A stretch of DNA of 64,000 bases from Pseudonocardia sp. DSM 110487 (GCF_019468565.1 NZ_CP080521.1:9651214-9715213); one strand, 5' to 3'; shown: positions 39,808 to 50,219, counted from the first letter of the stretch. The notes: generated from the sequence alone by a model not told the origin. Translations and numbers: made by a program.

Positions 39808-40929
39808 ATGACCACAACCGAGACGGAGATCCGCCCGTTCACCCTCGACGTCCCCCAGGCCCAGCTGGACGACCTGCACGCCCGGCTGGCGAACACCCGC
39901 TGGCCGGACGAGCTGCCCGGCGTGGGGTGGAGCCGCGGCGTCCCGGTGGGGTACCTGAAGGAGCTGGCCGAGTACTGGCGCACCGGCTTCGACTGGCGGG
40001 CCCATGAAGCGGCGATCAACCGGTACCCGCAGCAGGTCGCGACGATCGACGGGCAGAACGTCCACTTCCTGCACGTCCGCTCGCCCCAGCCGGACGCCAC
40101 CCCGCTGCTCCTGCTGCACGGCTGGCCCGGCTGCTTCGCCGACTTCCTCGACGTGATCGACCCCCTGTCCGAGACCTTCCACCTCGTCGTCCCGTCGCTG
40201 CCCGGGTTCGGGTTCTCGACACCGCTCGCGGGCCCCGGCATGAACGCGGCCCGGATGGGCGGTGTGCTGGCCGAACTGATGACCCACCTCGGATACGAGC
40301 GGTTCGGGATCCAGGGGTACGACACGGGCGGCTGGGTGGGGCCCGCGATCGGCCGGCGGGTCCCGGACCGGGTGATCGGCATGCACCTGAACGCGCTGCT
40401 CACGTTCCCGGCCTGGGAGGACGGTGAGTTCGACGGGCTGACCGAGGTCGAGCAGCGCCGCTGGCAGGCGATGCAGAACTTCAACGACGGCTACCTGCAG
40501 TGCAACTCGAAGCGCCCGCAGACCGTCGCCTACGGGCTGCACGACTCGCCGGTCGGCCAGCTCGCGTGGATCGTGGAGAAGTTCAAGGAGCTGACCGCCC
40601 CGGAAGGAGGCCTGCCAGAGGACAGCATTGCCCGCGACCGCATCCTCACCGACATCTCGATCTACTGGTTCTCCGGCACCGCGGGGTCGGCCGCCCAGAT
40701 CTACTACGAGGAGATCAGCGCGGGCGGCGACTGGGCTTCCCGCGGGACCGTGCCGACCGCCGTGCTCGTCTCCTCCCGCGACGTGACGATCCGCCGCTGG
40801 GCCGAGCGCGACCACGACGTCGTGCGCTGGACCGAGCTGGACCGCGGCGGGCACTTCCTCGCGATGGAGCAGCCGGAGCTGCTGGTCGCCGACGTCCGCG
40901 AGTTCTTCCGGGCCATGGGATGCGCCTGA
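39808..40929 (+). CDS. epoxide hydrolase (alpha/beta-hydrolase with EH N-terminal domain)
   Basis: EH N-terminal domain signature ([28 protein letters not shown]…) and HGWPG oxyanion motif. Confidence 0.85.
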   Translation: MTTTETEIRPFTLDVPQAQLDDLHARLANTRWPDELPGVGWSRGVPVGYLKELAEYWRTGFDWRAHEAAINRYPQQVATIDGQNVHFLHVRSPQPDATPLLLLHGWPGCFADFLDVIDPLSETFHLVVPSLPGFGFSTPLAGPGMNAARMGGVLAELMTHLGYERFGIQGYDTGGWVGPAIGRRVPDRVIGMHLNALLTFPAWEDGEFDGLTEVEQRRWQAMQNFNDGYLQCNSKRPQTVAYGLHDSPVGQLAWIVEKFKELTAPEGGLPEDSIARDRILTDISIYWFSGTAGSAAQIYYEEISAGGDWASRGTVPTAVLVSSRDVTIRRWAERDHDVVRWTELDRGGHFLAMEQPELLVADVREFFRAMGCA

Positions 40930-41990
40930 CCGCACGAACCATCGGCCGCGCGACGCTCGCCCGCCAGCTGTTGCTGGACCGGGTCGACCTCCCGGTCGTC
41001 GTGGCCACGAAGCGGCTGTTCGGCCTGAACGCGCAGGACCCGAACCTGCCGTACCTGGCGCTGTGGAGCCGCCTCCACCCGTTCGCGATCGACGATCTCA
41101 CCGCGGCCATCGAGGACGGCTCCCTGGTGCGGTCGACGCTCATGCGCGCCACCCAGCACGTGGTGTCGGCGGCCGACTTCCGGCTGGTCCGCCCGCTGCT
41201 CGCCCCGCTGCTGCGGCGCGTGCAGCGCAACACCTTCGGCCGGCGCACCGCTGGCGTCGACCTCGACGCGCTCGTCGCGGAGGCCTGCGGGCTGCTCGCG
41301 GACGGCCAGGTCCTGACTCGGCCCGAGCTCGGCAGGCGGCTCGCCCAGCGGTGGCCGCATGCCGATCCGACCGCGCTCGGCTGGAGCGTGCAGTACCTGC
41401 TGCCGCTCGTGCACCCGGCGCCGAGCGGCACCTGGAACGTGCGGGGCGCCACGCCGTTCGCCCTCGCCGACGTACCTGCGGACGAGTGCGTTGAGGAGCT
41501 GGTGTGGCGCTACCTGGCGGCATTCGGCCCGGCCTCGGTGTCGGATGCAAGGGCCTGGTCCGGGATCGGCGGGCTGCGCGAGGTGTTCGACCGGATGCGC
41601 CCCCGGCTGCGGACCTTCACCGACGAGTCCGGGCGGGAGCTGTTCGACCTGCCGGACGCGCCGCTCCCCTCGGCGGACCTGCCCGCCCCGGTTCGGTTGC
41701 TGCCGGAGTTCGACGCACCGCTGCTGGCCTTCGCCGACCGGACCCGGATCATGACCGACGAGGTCAGGCGGCAGGTCTGCGTCGGCTCCGGCGTCGCAGC
41801 CACGGTCCTCGTCGACGGCACCGTCGCGGCCACCTGGTCGATCGGCCGCGCGGCCGGCACTGCCGTGCTCACCGTGCAACCGCTGCGCCCGATCGCCCCG
41901 GCCGACCGCGCCGCCGTCGAGGCCGAGGCGGAGCGGCTACTCGCCTTCACCGACCCGGACTCACGCCCTGACGTGCGCATCCGCCGGTGA
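40920..41990 (+). CDS. winged-helix DNA-binding-domain protein (YcaQ/AlkZ-like putative DNA glycosylase)
   Basis: The start overlaps the EH gene by 10 nt. Sequence pattern is consistent with DUF1006/AlkZ-family proteins (…[12 protein letters not shown]…). Confidence 0.65.
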   Translation: MRLTARTIGRATLARQLLLDRVDLPVVVATKRLFGLNAQDPNLPYLALWSRLHPFAIDDLTAAIEDGSLVRSTLMRATQHVVSAADFRLVRPLLAPLLRRVQRNTFGRRTAGVDLDALVAEACGLLADGQVLTRPELGRRLAQRWPHADPTALGWSVQYLLPLVHPAPSGTWNVRGATPFALADVPADECVEELVWRYLAAFGPASVSDARAWSGIGGLREVFDRMRPRLRTFTDESGRELFDLPDAPLPSADLPAPVRLLPEFDAPLLAFADRTRIMTDEVRRQVCVGSGVAATVLVDGTVAATWSIGRAAGTAVLTVQPLRPIAPADRAAVEAEAERLLAFTDPDSRPDVRIRR

Positions 41991-42110
41991 GCCCGCCCAG
42001 TCGCCCTGGCATGGCGTGGATCAGGCGGCGAGTGTCCTTCCGCCATCTTCACGCGGCCCCGACTTCCTGGGAGGGTCGACCGGCGACCACTCATGAGCCC
42101 GGGGGGATGC

Positions 42111-43292
42111 ATGGTGAGCACGACGAGGAGCCCGAGCGAGCAGATCCTCGCGGAGGCCGATCGGCTCGCGAAGACGTTCGCCGAACGCGCTGCCGAGCAC
42201 GACCGGGACGCCACGTTCCCGCACGACAACTACGCCGACCTCGCCGAGGCGGGCATCCTGCGGATGTCGGTTCCCGAGGAGCTGGGCGGGTTCGGCGGCG
42301 GGTTGCCCGAGGTCGTCGCGGTCCTGGAGCGCATCGCGGCCGGCGACGGCTCGACGGCGCTGTCGCTTGCCATGCACATCTCACCGCTCGGCCAGTGGGC
42401 GAGCGTGTGGCGGCGCACCGGGAACGAGCGGCTCGCCGACCTGCTCCAGCGGGCCGCGGAGGGCACCCTCGTGTGGGCGGCGCTCACCGCGGAGCGCGGG
42501 ATGGCCAACCGCATGACCGATGCCAACACGATCGCCCGGCGCACCGACGGCGGCTACCTGCTGACCGGGCGGAAGATCTTCGCCACGAACTCCGCGATCG
42601 CCACCGACTTCTCCACCACCGCGCGCGACCCAGACGCAGAGGGCGGCCCACGGCTGCTGCTGTGCGCGGTGTCCATGGACTCCCCCGGCATCCGCGTGCA
42701 CCCGACGTGGGACACCCTCGGCATGCGCTCCACCCGCAGCGACGACCTGGAACTCGACAACGTGTTCGTCCCGGAGTCGGCGGTGGTCCACTCGCTGCCG
42801 ATCGGCCACCTCGACCGCCGGGTCATGGAGACGGTGTGGGCGTGGGCGATGCCGGCGTTCGCCGGCGTCTACACCGGCGTCGCCTGCGGGGCACTGCGGT
42901 GGACCGTCGACCGGCTGACGTCAGCGGGCCGGACCACTGACCCTGTCGTCCAGGACGCCGTCGGCCACTGCCACATGCTGCTGGAGTCGTCGCGGGCGCT
43001 GATCCACCGGCACGTCGAGGAGGTCGTCTCGCGCGCGCTGCACGCCCTCGACGTGCAGGAGGCGATGGCGCGCTGCATCACGGTCAAGCACGTGGCGGCG
43101 CACAACGCCACCGAGATCCTGCAGCGGCTGGCCGAGGTGAACGGCGGCGCCGCGTTCGGCCGGGCCCTGCCCTTCGAGCGGATGTGGCGCGACGTCCAGG
43201 CCGGGCCGATCATGCCGATGGGCAGCATCGCGGCCCGCAAGTTCGTCGGGGCCACGGCGCTGGGCGTCGAGGTCGCGCCGGTGGCTCCCTAG
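42111..43292 (+). CDS. acyl-CoA dehydrogenase family protein
   Basis: ACAD domains. ATG at 42111 preceded by GGGGGG. Confidence 0.8.
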   Translation: MVSTTRSPSEQILAEADRLAKTFAERAAEHDRDATFPHDNYADLAEAGILRMSVPEELGGFGGGLPEVVAVLERIAAGDGSTALSLAMHISPLGQWASVWRRTGNERLADLLQRAAEGTLVWAALTAERGMANRMTDANTIARRTDGGYLLTGRKIFATNSAIATDFSTTARDPDAEGGPRLLLCAVSMDSPGIRVHPTWDTLGMRSTRSDDLELDNVFVPESAVVHSLPIGHLDRRVMETVWAWAMPAFAGVYTGVACGALRWTVDRLTSAGRTTDPVVQDAVGHCHMLLESSRALIHRHVEEVVSRALHALDVQEAMARCITVKHVAAHNATEILQRLAEVNGGAAFGRALPFERMWRDVQAGPIMPMGSIAARKFVGATALGVEVAPVAP

Positions 43293-43867
43293 AGCAGGGC
43301 GTCGAGGTCGATCTCCGCGGGGAACGGATCCGACGTCGTGAACGTGCCGGTCACCGCTCCGCCGTCGGCGTAGCCGAACTCGCCTGCGAGGTGGCAGGCG
43401 AGAACCGACACCGGCGGCTCGATATCGACGATCCAGTAGTTCGGGATGCCGGCGTCGGCATATTCGGCACGCTTCTGCACGTGGTCGGTGCGCTTCGATC
43501 CGGGGGACAGGACTTCGACCACGACGAGCACCTCGGACGCGCGGATCACCCCCACCCTCTTGGCGGACCCGCAGCCGCGCGTCCCGCGGCAGCACGATCA
43601 GGTCGGGGCGGCGGACGGTGCCGGGGCGTCGGGAGGAGCGAGCTGCAGGTCGACGTCCATGCACTGGATGACCTCGAGCCCGCGCGGCAGCTGGGACCGC
43701 AGCTGCACGGCCATCTCGAACAGGGCGTAGTTGTGATCCGGCACCGGGGTCGGGGACATCAGCAACCGCCCTTCGACCAGCTCCGAGTAGCCGGGCTCGA
43801 TCTCCCCGATCTCGAGGTACTCGGCCACGGTCAGCAGGTGCAGCGGGGCGACCGGTTGAATCGTCAT
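43289..43867 (-). pseudogene. Uma2-family (DUF820) endonuclease interrupted by an in-frame TGA
   Basis: N-terminal part (43598..43867, MTIQPVAPLHLLTVAEYLEIGE…, RBS GGAGGAGGG) and C-terminal part (…VEVLSPGSKRTDHVQKRAEYADAGIPNYWIVD…) are in the same frame. They are separated by TGA at 43598-43600. Confidence 0.6.
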
Positions 43868-43960
43868 GGCGCCCTCCTCCCGTCGGCCGTCAGTCTGGCA
43901 GGTGAATGCTGGAAGATCGCGGGCGCCGCGCCAGCCGCAGCACGTGGCTACCGTGGCCGC

Positions 43961-44737
43961 ATGGATCACCTCACCGTCGACGGAATCCATGTCGAGATCG
44001 ACGGCGCCGGGCCACCTGTCGTACTGACCCACGACGCGCTGACCCACAGCGAGGCGTGGGACGCCCAGGTACCGGCGTGGTCCACGGACCACCGCGTCGC
44101 CAGCTGGGATCGGCGCGGCTACGGGCACTCGCCCCGGCCCACCACGCAGTACTCGAGCATCGACGACCTCGCGGCCGTCGTGCGCGCGGTGTCCGACGGA
44201 CCCGCCGCGCTGGTCGGGTGCTCGTTCGGCTCGCTGATCACGCTGCACTGCGCGCTCCAGCACGCCGAGCTGGTCTCGAAGCTGGTGCTGGTCGGGCCGA
44301 TCCTGTCCGGCCTGCCGCTCAGCGAGCACTTCCTCACCCGCGGCGGACGCAGCGTCCCCGCTCCCGACGCCCCTGATGCCGAGCACATCGAGTACTGGAG
44401 CGCCGTCGACCCGTGGTTCGTGGCGCCGAGCAGCCCCGCTGCCCGTGAGCGGCTGCGGGCGCTGCTCACCGCCAACCCGCAGAACCTGCGACCGCCGCTG
44501 GAGCTGGAGCGCAGGCCGGAGACACCCGCCACGGCGCAGCTCGGGGAGATCCGGGTACCGACGCTGATCGTGGTCGGCGAGTTAGACATCCCCGATGTGC
44601 ACGCCGCCGCCGGGGCGCTCGAGGTCGGCATACCCGGCGCCACCAGGGTCGTCGTGACGGGCAGCGGGCACCTGCCCCACCTGGAGGTGCCCGAGGCGTT
44701 CACCGGGGTCGTGCACGAGTTCCTCGCGAAGGACTGA
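43961..44737 (+). CDS. alpha/beta-fold hydrolase
   Basis: Nucleophile elbow GCSFG and a C-terminal His (GSGHLPHLE). Confidence 0.8.
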   Translation: MDHLTVDGIHVEIDGAGPPVVLTHDALTHSEAWDAQVPAWSTDHRVASWDRRGYGHSPRPTTQYSSIDDLAAVVRAVSDGPAALVGCSFGSLITLHCALQHAELVSKLVLVGPILSGLPLSEHFLTRGGRSVPAPDAPDAEHIEYWSAVDPWFVAPSSPAARERLRALLTANPQNLRPPLELERRPETPATAQLGEIRVPTLIVVGELDIPDVHAAAGALEVGIPGATRVVVTGSGHLPHLEVPEAFTGVVHEFLAKD

Positions 44738-44746
44738 CGTGCCGAG

Positions 44747-45553
44747 ATGCGTGTCCTCACCCTCAACGTCCTCGCACCCACCTACCACGGCTGGGAACGT
44801 CGCCGCGAAGCGATCGTGGCCGGGGTCCGCGCCCTCGCTCCCGACGTCGTCGCTCTCCAGGAGGTCGTGGACGTCCCCGACCTGCTGGGGTCCGGCTGGC
44901 ACGAGGTGTGGCACTCCCGCCGGGGCGACGGCGACGACGGGGCCGCGCTCGCCAGCCGCTGGCCGATCGGCGAGGTGCACGAGATCGACGGCCGCGTGAC
45001 GCCCCGTGCCCGCGACCTCCCGTGGTCCGGCACGGTGGTCGCGGAGGTGCTCGCGCCGGAGCCCTTCCTCGCGGTGCACCACAAGCCGCTCTACCGGCTC
45101 GACGGCGAGCGGGAACGGGAGCTGCAAGCCGTCGCCGCGGCGCGGCTCGTCGAGGCGGTGGCCCCCGACCCGGACCGGCACGTGGTGCTGCTCGGCGACT
45201 TCGACGCCCGCCCCGACTCGGCGAGCATGCGGTTCTGGACCGGGCGCCAGTCCCTCGACGGCATAAGCGTCTGCTATCACGACGCGTGGGAGACCGTGCA
45301 CGGCGACGACCCCGGCCACACGTTCACGCCGGATAACCCGCTGGTGCGGGCGGGCGGGTTCCACCTCGTACGTGGGCGGCGGATCGACTACGTGCTGGTG
45401 CGCGGCCGCCCGCAGGGTCCGACGCTGCGGGTGGTTTCCTGCGAGCGGGCGCTCGTCGAGCCGGTCGACGGTGTGCAGGCGAGCGACCACTACGGCGTGA
45501 TCGCGGAGCTGGTGGTGCCCGAGCGGCCACCGGGGACACAGGGTTCCCTGTGA
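44747..45553 (+). CDS. endonuclease/exonuclease/phosphatase (EEP) family protein
   Basis: MRVLTLNVL…ALQEV…LLGDFDARPDS…SDHYGVIAEL pattern of EEP catalytic residues. Confidence 0.8.
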   Translation: MRVLTLNVLAPTYHGWERRREAIVAGVRALAPDVVALQEVVDVPDLLGSGWHEVWHSRRGDGDDGAALASRWPIGEVHEIDGRVTPRARDLPWSGTVVAEVLAPEPFLAVHHKPLYRLDGERERELQAVAAARLVEAVAPDPDRHVVLLGDFDARPDSASMRFWTGRQSLDGISVCYHDAWETVHGDDPGHTFTPDNPLVRAGGFHLVRGRRIDYVLVRGRPQGPTLRVVSCERALVEPVDGVQASDHYGVIAELVVPERPPGTQGSL

Positions 45554-45945
45554 GGCCGGAGGACGAGGTGCTCGCCGCGGCGGCCGCGCGCGCCGACGCA
45601 CTCGCCCGCGGCGACGCCGACGCACTCCGCGCCCGACTGCACCCGCTGTTCGGCTGGACCTCCCACCGCGGTGACACGTTCGACCGCGAGGCGTACGTCC
45701 GCCGCAACACAGAGGGCGACGTGCGCTGGCACGGCCAGACGCTCGAGGACGTCCGGGTGGTGGTCGTCGGCGACACGGCGGTGCTCCGGTGCACGGCGGT
45801 CGATCGCATCGAGGCCGACGGCCCGCAGATCTTCCGCATGCCCATGACCCAGACCTGGACCCACTCCGCCGAGGGCTGGCTCTGCCTCGCGGGCCACGCC
45901 GGTCCGCGCGTACGACCGGCGCGCTCCGGGTACGCCGGCATGTGA
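45550..45945 (+). CDS. NTF2-like / SnoaL-like (DUF4440-type) protein
   Basis: GTG start overlaps the EEP stop (GTGA). 131 aa with a cone-shaped-fold sequence pattern. Confidence 0.6.
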   Translation: MRPEDEVLAAAAARADALARGDADALRARLHPLFGWTSHRGDTFDREAYVRRNTEGDVRWHGQTLEDVRVVVVGDTAVLRCTAVDRIEADGPQIFRMPMTQTWTHSAEGWLCLAGHAGPRVRPARSGYAGM

Positions 45946-46256
45946 TCACCTGTCATGTCCGCTACGAGGTCGAACCCGACCGGATCGCGGCGTTCGAGGC
46001 GTTCGCCACCCGGTGGATGGAGCTCGTCGAGCGCCACGGCGGCGTCCACCACGGCTACTTCCTGCCCGCCGAAGGCGCCAGCGACATCGCCTACGCCCTG
46101 TTCAGCTTCCCCAGCCTCGCCGACTACGAGCGGTACCGCGGTCGCTTCGGCGTGGACCCGGAGTTCGTCGAGGCCGACCGGATCCGCGACGACTCCCGGT
46201 GCGTCCGCCGCTACGAACGCACGTTCCTGCGGCCGCTGCTGCCGTCGGCCCGCTGA
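45942..46256 (+). CDS. NIPSNAP/Dabb-like small protein
   Basis: GTG start overlaps the preceding stop. 104 aa (…LFSFPSLADYERYRG…). Confidence 0.5.
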   Translation: MITCHVRYEVEPDRIAAFEAFATRWMELVERHGGVHHGYFLPAEGASDIAYALFSFPSLADYERYRGRFGVDPEFVEADRIRDDSRCVRRYERTFLRPLLPSAR

Positions 46257-46344
46257 ACGCGGCGGATCGGCGCGATGGTCGGAACGGGATCCGGCTTCTC
46301 CTCGACGATCGGGTGCGAGGTGAGACGGCGCGGCCGCGGCGAAC

Positions 46345-46911
46345 TCATCGGTCCGGTGGCAGCGCGTTCCGCAACCGGATCCCGCTGAACCCGAGCGTGC
46401 TCGCCACGATCGCGTCCCAGAGCGGCCACAGCCGCGGGAGCACGCGCAGCTCGATGCCGGCCTCCTCGTGGAGCGCGAAGAGGTCCGCGACCAGCTCCGG
46501 TGGCCCGAGCGGCCGCACCGGAACCTCCGCGACGTGCGCGGTCGGCTCGGGCTCGCCACGCAGTCGCTCGGGCTCAGGTTCCCCGAACGGGCGGAACAGC
46601 GCCGCCGGGAGCCGGTACGCGTAGAGCTGCACCGAACGCATCCGCTCCAGCCACGCGTACTCGACGGCATGCAGGCGCGGCGCCCCTGACGGGCCGATGA
46701 TGCGCGCGACGTCCGCGGCCGCGGAACTCGCGGTGGGCCACGTGAGCACCCGCGGGCACTCGCGTGGGAACCAGTACGCGGGAGCACGCTGAGCGTCGAC
46801 GGCCCAGACGTACGCGCCCGGCACGCGTGCGGTGGCGGCGACGTGCGGGACGAACTCGGTGATCGTCGGGTCCTCCGAGAAGTGGAGGACCTCGCCGTCA
46901 CCGGGACGCAC
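46345..46911 (-). CDS. hypothetical protein
   Basis: 188 aa, good GC3. GTG start 2 nt after the stop of the small Cys4 ORF. No recognisable motif. Confidence 0.4.
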   Translation of the reverse strand: MRPGDGEVLHFSEDPTITEFVPHVAATARVPGAYVWAVDAQRAPAYWFPRECPRVLTWPTASSAAADVARIIGPSGAPRLHAVEYAWLERMRSVQLYAYRLPAALFRPFGEPEPERLRGEPEPTAHVAEVPVRPLGPPELVADLFALHEEAGIELRVLPRLWPLWDAIVASTLGFSGIRLRNALPPDR

Positions 46912-46912
46912 G

Positions 46913-47071
46913 CTATTTTCTGCCGTACTCGGCCTGGACGTCGGCCTTCCAGGCGTCGTACTCGGTGCGGTCGTCCTGGAGCCCCATCTCCGCAACGCAG
47001 TCGGCGCACCGGCCGACCACCCAGAGGAGCGAGCCCCGGGAACAGCGCACGCACGAGCGCGGCTCCGCCAT
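46913..47071 (-). CDS. small Cys4 zinc-ribbon protein (52 aa)
   Basis: CVRC…(13 aa)…CADC arrangement. Directly precedes the 46911 gene. Confidence 0.3.
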   Translation of the reverse strand: MAEPRSCVRCSRGSLLWVVGRCADCVAEMGLQDDRTEYDAWKADVQAEYGRK

Positions 47072-47236
47072 CACGTTGTGATCAGCAGCAGTGACGGTCA
47101 CACCGCCGATCCTGCCACGGGCCCGCCAATAGACGAGTGAACACACCTCCACTGCCTGGCACACGTGGCTCGCAGCGTGATCACCTGTTGGGCGCAATGG
47201 CGGCCGCATCTGGCCGTGGGCGCACCAAACGGATGA

Positions 47237-48685
47237 TCAGACCGACTGAGCGAAGTGGAAGAACCCATGCGGGTCATAGGCCCGCTTCACTTCGGCGAGC
47301 CTGGCGTAGTTCTCCGCGTAGTAGGCCTCCCGCCAGCCGGCGAGCGCGGGATCGATGAAGTTCTGGTACGCCTCCCCTCCGGAATACCGATCGATCACCG
47401 CGAACCCGTCGTCCGCCCACGCCTGGGCAGCGTGGCGGTCGGCCTCATCGGGCAGGTCCCGGTCCAGCCCCACCCAGAACGCCAGGTAGAACTGCGCGTC
47501 CCGGTGGACGTACGCCGACGCGCGGCGCGGAATGCGATTCACCTGACCGCCGAGCGCGAAGAAGCTCAACAGGCGAACCTGGCCGGGCCGCGGATCACGC
47601 TCGAACGCGGCCAGCATCTCGCCGATGCCCGTATCCGGAATCGCCTCGTCCATGAGGACACTGCGATCGACCATGAAATGCTGGCGCGGAATGGCCGCAT
47701 CCGGATTCTGGCCAGTCCACTGCCGCTGGGCAGCCGTCATGTCGGCCACCCCGTACGCTGCGATCATGGCGTCGAGGTAGGAGTTCTCCTCGACCGACCG
47801 CATGTCCGGCCGGTTACCGACGTCCGCCACCAACGCGTCGAGGTGGCGTTCGAGCGTCGCCTGGTCGCCGAGCCACCCGCCTGCGACGTCGACCGTCGCG
47901 GGACCGTCGCCCGCCGCCGTGACGCTGAGCGCCGATCCGAGCTCGTCAGGGCCACCGATGATCCACCGCTGCCAGGCGCCGATCACCGCCTGCACGGCGT
48001 CCCACGGCCACCGGAGGTGGAAATTGACCATCGTGGGAACGCGCCGCGTACGCATCTCGTACTCGGTGATCACCCCGAAGTTCCCGCCCCCAGCGCCGCG
48101 CAGCGCCCAGAACAGCTCCGGCTCCTCCGACTCCGAGCACCGCACCACCCGTCCGCCGGCGAGCACGACCTGCGCCGCGAGCACGTGGTCGGACGCCATC
48201 CCGTAGCGCCGGGTGAGCCATCCGAACCCGCCCCCGCTCACGAAACCGCCCGCCGACACCGTCGGGCACATCCCGCCGGGCACCACGACGCCATCCCGCC
48301 ACAGCGCGGGCAGGGCGTCGACCTGCCGCGCTCCCGCCCCGACGACCGCCCTGATCCCGTCACCGGCGTTCCGGGTGCCGACCCGGGACATCCGCGAGAC
48401 GTCGACGACGAGCCCGTCGGTGGTCGAGTAGCCGCCGACGCTGTGCCCGCCGCTGCGCGGCACGGCCGGGATGCCGACGTCCTGGCAGAACGCCAGGCAC
48501 GCCGCGACGTCCGCCGGCGTCTCGCAGAACGCGACCGCGCTCGGCCGCACCTCGTCGAACTGCGCCCAGTAGACGACCCGCGCCCGGTCGTACCGGGGAT
48601 CGGACGGCGTCACGAGATCCCCGCGCATCGACCTGTCGAGCGGCTCCCAGACGGTGGGCCTCGCCTTCATCACCTCGATAGTCAT
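47237..48685 (-). CDS. FAD-binding oxidoreductase (FAD_binding_4 + BBE-like C-terminus)
   Basis: …RSGGHSVGGYS… FAD-binding PCMH domain and C-terminal …YQNFIDP…KRAYDPHGFF BBE signature. Confidence 0.85.
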   Translation of the reverse strand: MTIEVMKARPTVWEPLDRSMRGDLVTPSDPRYDRARVVYWAQFDEVRPSAVAFCETPADVAACLAFCQDVGIPAVPRSGGHSVGGYSTTDGLVVDVSRMSRVGTRNAGDGIRAVVGAGARQVDALPALWRDGVVVPGGMCPTVSAGGFVSGGGFGWLTRRYGMASDHVLAAQVVLAGGRVVRCSESEEPELFWALRGAGGGNFGVITEYEMRTRRVPTMVNFHLRWPWDAVQAVIGAWQRWIIGGPDELGSALSVTAAGDGPATVDVAGGWLGDQATLERHLDALVADVGNRPDMRSVEENSYLDAMIAAYGVADMTAAQRQWTGQNPDAAIPRQHFMVDRSVLMDEAIPDTGIGEMLAAFERDPRPGQVRLLSFFALGGQVNRIPRRASAYVHRDAQFYLAFWVGLDRDLPDEADRHAAQAWADDGFAVIDRYSGGEAYQNFIDPALAGWREAYYAENYARLAEVKRAYDPHGFFHFAQSV

Positions 48686-48785
48686 GCCGCCATGCCAGCA
48701 CCGGCACCGCCCGCGCGTCGTGAACGAATCGGTCACCACCTGGATGTCGGTCGCACGGACGTGGCCGGCAAGCGAACCTGTCCCG

Positions 48786-49583
48786 ATGACCCTCGTCTCG
48801 GAACGTTTCCCCCGCAGCTCCCGCTACGACCCGGACTGGATCGTCGCCGGCATCTCCGGAGGCGCGAACTCGCTGTGGCTCACCGAGTGGCTCACCGAGG
48901 CGATGCCGCTCCGCCCGGGCATGAGGGTTCTCGACCTGGGCTGCGGGCGCGGCCTCTCGTCGGTCTTCCTCCACGCGGAGTTCGGCGTACAGGTGTGGTC
49001 GACGGACCTCTGGTTCAGCCCGGACGAACGCGCGCAACGCATCCACGACGCCGGGATGGCCGACGCCGTCTTCCCGATCCACGCCGACGCCCGCGCGCTC
49101 CCGTTCGCGGCGGGCTTCTTCGATGCGGTCGTCAGCATCGACTCGTTCGTCTACTACGGCACCGACGACCTGTACCTCGGCTACCTCGCCCGCTTCGTCA
49201 AGCCGGGAGCACCGATCGGCATCGCAGGCGCGGGGCTGGTGCAGGAGATCGACGGGCCGGTTCCCGATCACCTGGCCGCGTGGTGGGAGCCGAGCATGAG
49301 CTGCCTGCACTCGGCCGGCTGGTGGCGGCGGCACTGGGAGCGCAGCGGCGTCGCCGAGGTCGAGCTCGCCGACGCGATGCCCGACGGCTGGCGCTACTGG
49401 CGGGACTGGCAGCACACCGCGTCACCGGACAACAGCACGGAGATCGACGCCCTGACCGCGGACCAGGGGCGCTATCTCGGCTACGTCCGAGCGGTGGCAC
49501 GCCGCCGCACCGACCGAACCCTCGACGACCCCATCGTGTCCATCCCGGTCTCGTACGCCGAGAAGCCCGTTCTTCGATCCTGA
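48786..49583 (+). CDS. class I SAM-dependent methyltransferase
   Basis: VLDLGCGRG motif I, …FDAVVS… motif. Confidence 0.8.
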   Translation: MTLVSERFPRSSRYDPDWIVAGISGGANSLWLTEWLTEAMPLRPGMRVLDLGCGRGLSSVFLHAEFGVQVWSTDLWFSPDERAQRIHDAGMADAVFPIHADARALPFAAGFFDAVVSIDSFVYYGTDDLYLGYLARFVKPGAPIGIAGAGLVQEIDGPVPDHLAAWWEPSMSCLHSAGWWRRHWERSGVAEVELADAMPDGWRYWRDWQHTASPDNSTEIDALTADQGRYLGYVRAVARRRTDRTLDDPIVSIPVSYAEKPVLRS

Positions 49584-49591
49584 GCCCGGCC

Positions 49592-49768
49592 TCAGTCGGT
49601 TCCGGCCTCATCGTCCGCCGTCCGGGCCGACTTACTGGGTGCCTCCGCAGGGGGAGCATCGCGCCCGAGCTTGCGGTTCACCGCGTCGGCGGCACGGACA
49701 CCGAGCAGGCATCCGCCGGTGCCGGCCAGAACGGCAGCGACGAGCCCTGCGATCTCCAGCGGGGTCAC
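49592..49768 (-). CDS. possible small single-TM protein (58 aa)
   Basis: GTG start. One hydrophobic helix then a charged tail. Weak. Confidence 0.2.
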   Translation of the reverse strand: MTPLEIAGLVAAVLAGTGGCLLGVRAADAVNRKLGRDAPPAEAPSKSARTADDEAGTD

Positions 49769-50046
49769 GAGGGCCGCTCGAACGTCGCGTCGTGCTGGTA
49801 CAACCTCGAACCTCTCGTGGGGCGGGGAGCGCTGCTGCGCGAGATCACTCGAGGAGGTGATCGAATCACGAAGCCGGAGCGTTAGTCCCCTCCACTCACG
49901 CCGGCGGCAAGGTCCACAGGCCACGAGGCTTCCGGTAGTGCGTTCCGCGGAACGGCCGGTTCAGTCCGAGAGCACGATGTGCGCCCCGGCGAGGGCGATG
50001 AACCGGGTCTCGGAACGATCATCCGTCGTCGGCGACCGGGAACCGG

Positions 50047-50121
50047 CGTGGAGCCGGAGGTCGGGATCGAACCGACGACCTACCGCTTACAAGGCGGTTG
50101 CTCTACCACTGAGCTACACCG
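50047..50121 (-). tRNA. tRNA-Thr (anticodon UGU)
   Basis: Reverse complement is GCCGGUGUAGCUCAGUGGUAGAGCAACCGCCUUGUAAGCGGUAGGUCGUCGGUUCGAUCCCGACCUCCGGCUCCA. It has a cloverleaf with GUUCGAUCC T-arm, anticodon loop CUUGUAA and encoded CCA. One U-U mismatch in the acceptor stem. Confidence 0.85.
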
Positions 50122-50219
50122 GCCGGTACCGACGACATCCTAGTAGCGCGATCGTGAGCCGCACCTACCCTGGGCGCCATGCCGCAGTCGATCGCCGCCA
50201 GTGGGGGCGGGGTCCCCGG

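Noticed and set aside
47255-49885. 876-aa plus-strand ORF spanning the FAD-oxidase and methyltransferase genes
   Set aside because: Mirror frame of the FAD oxidase and out of frame with the methyltransferase; Arg/Pro/Gly-rich.
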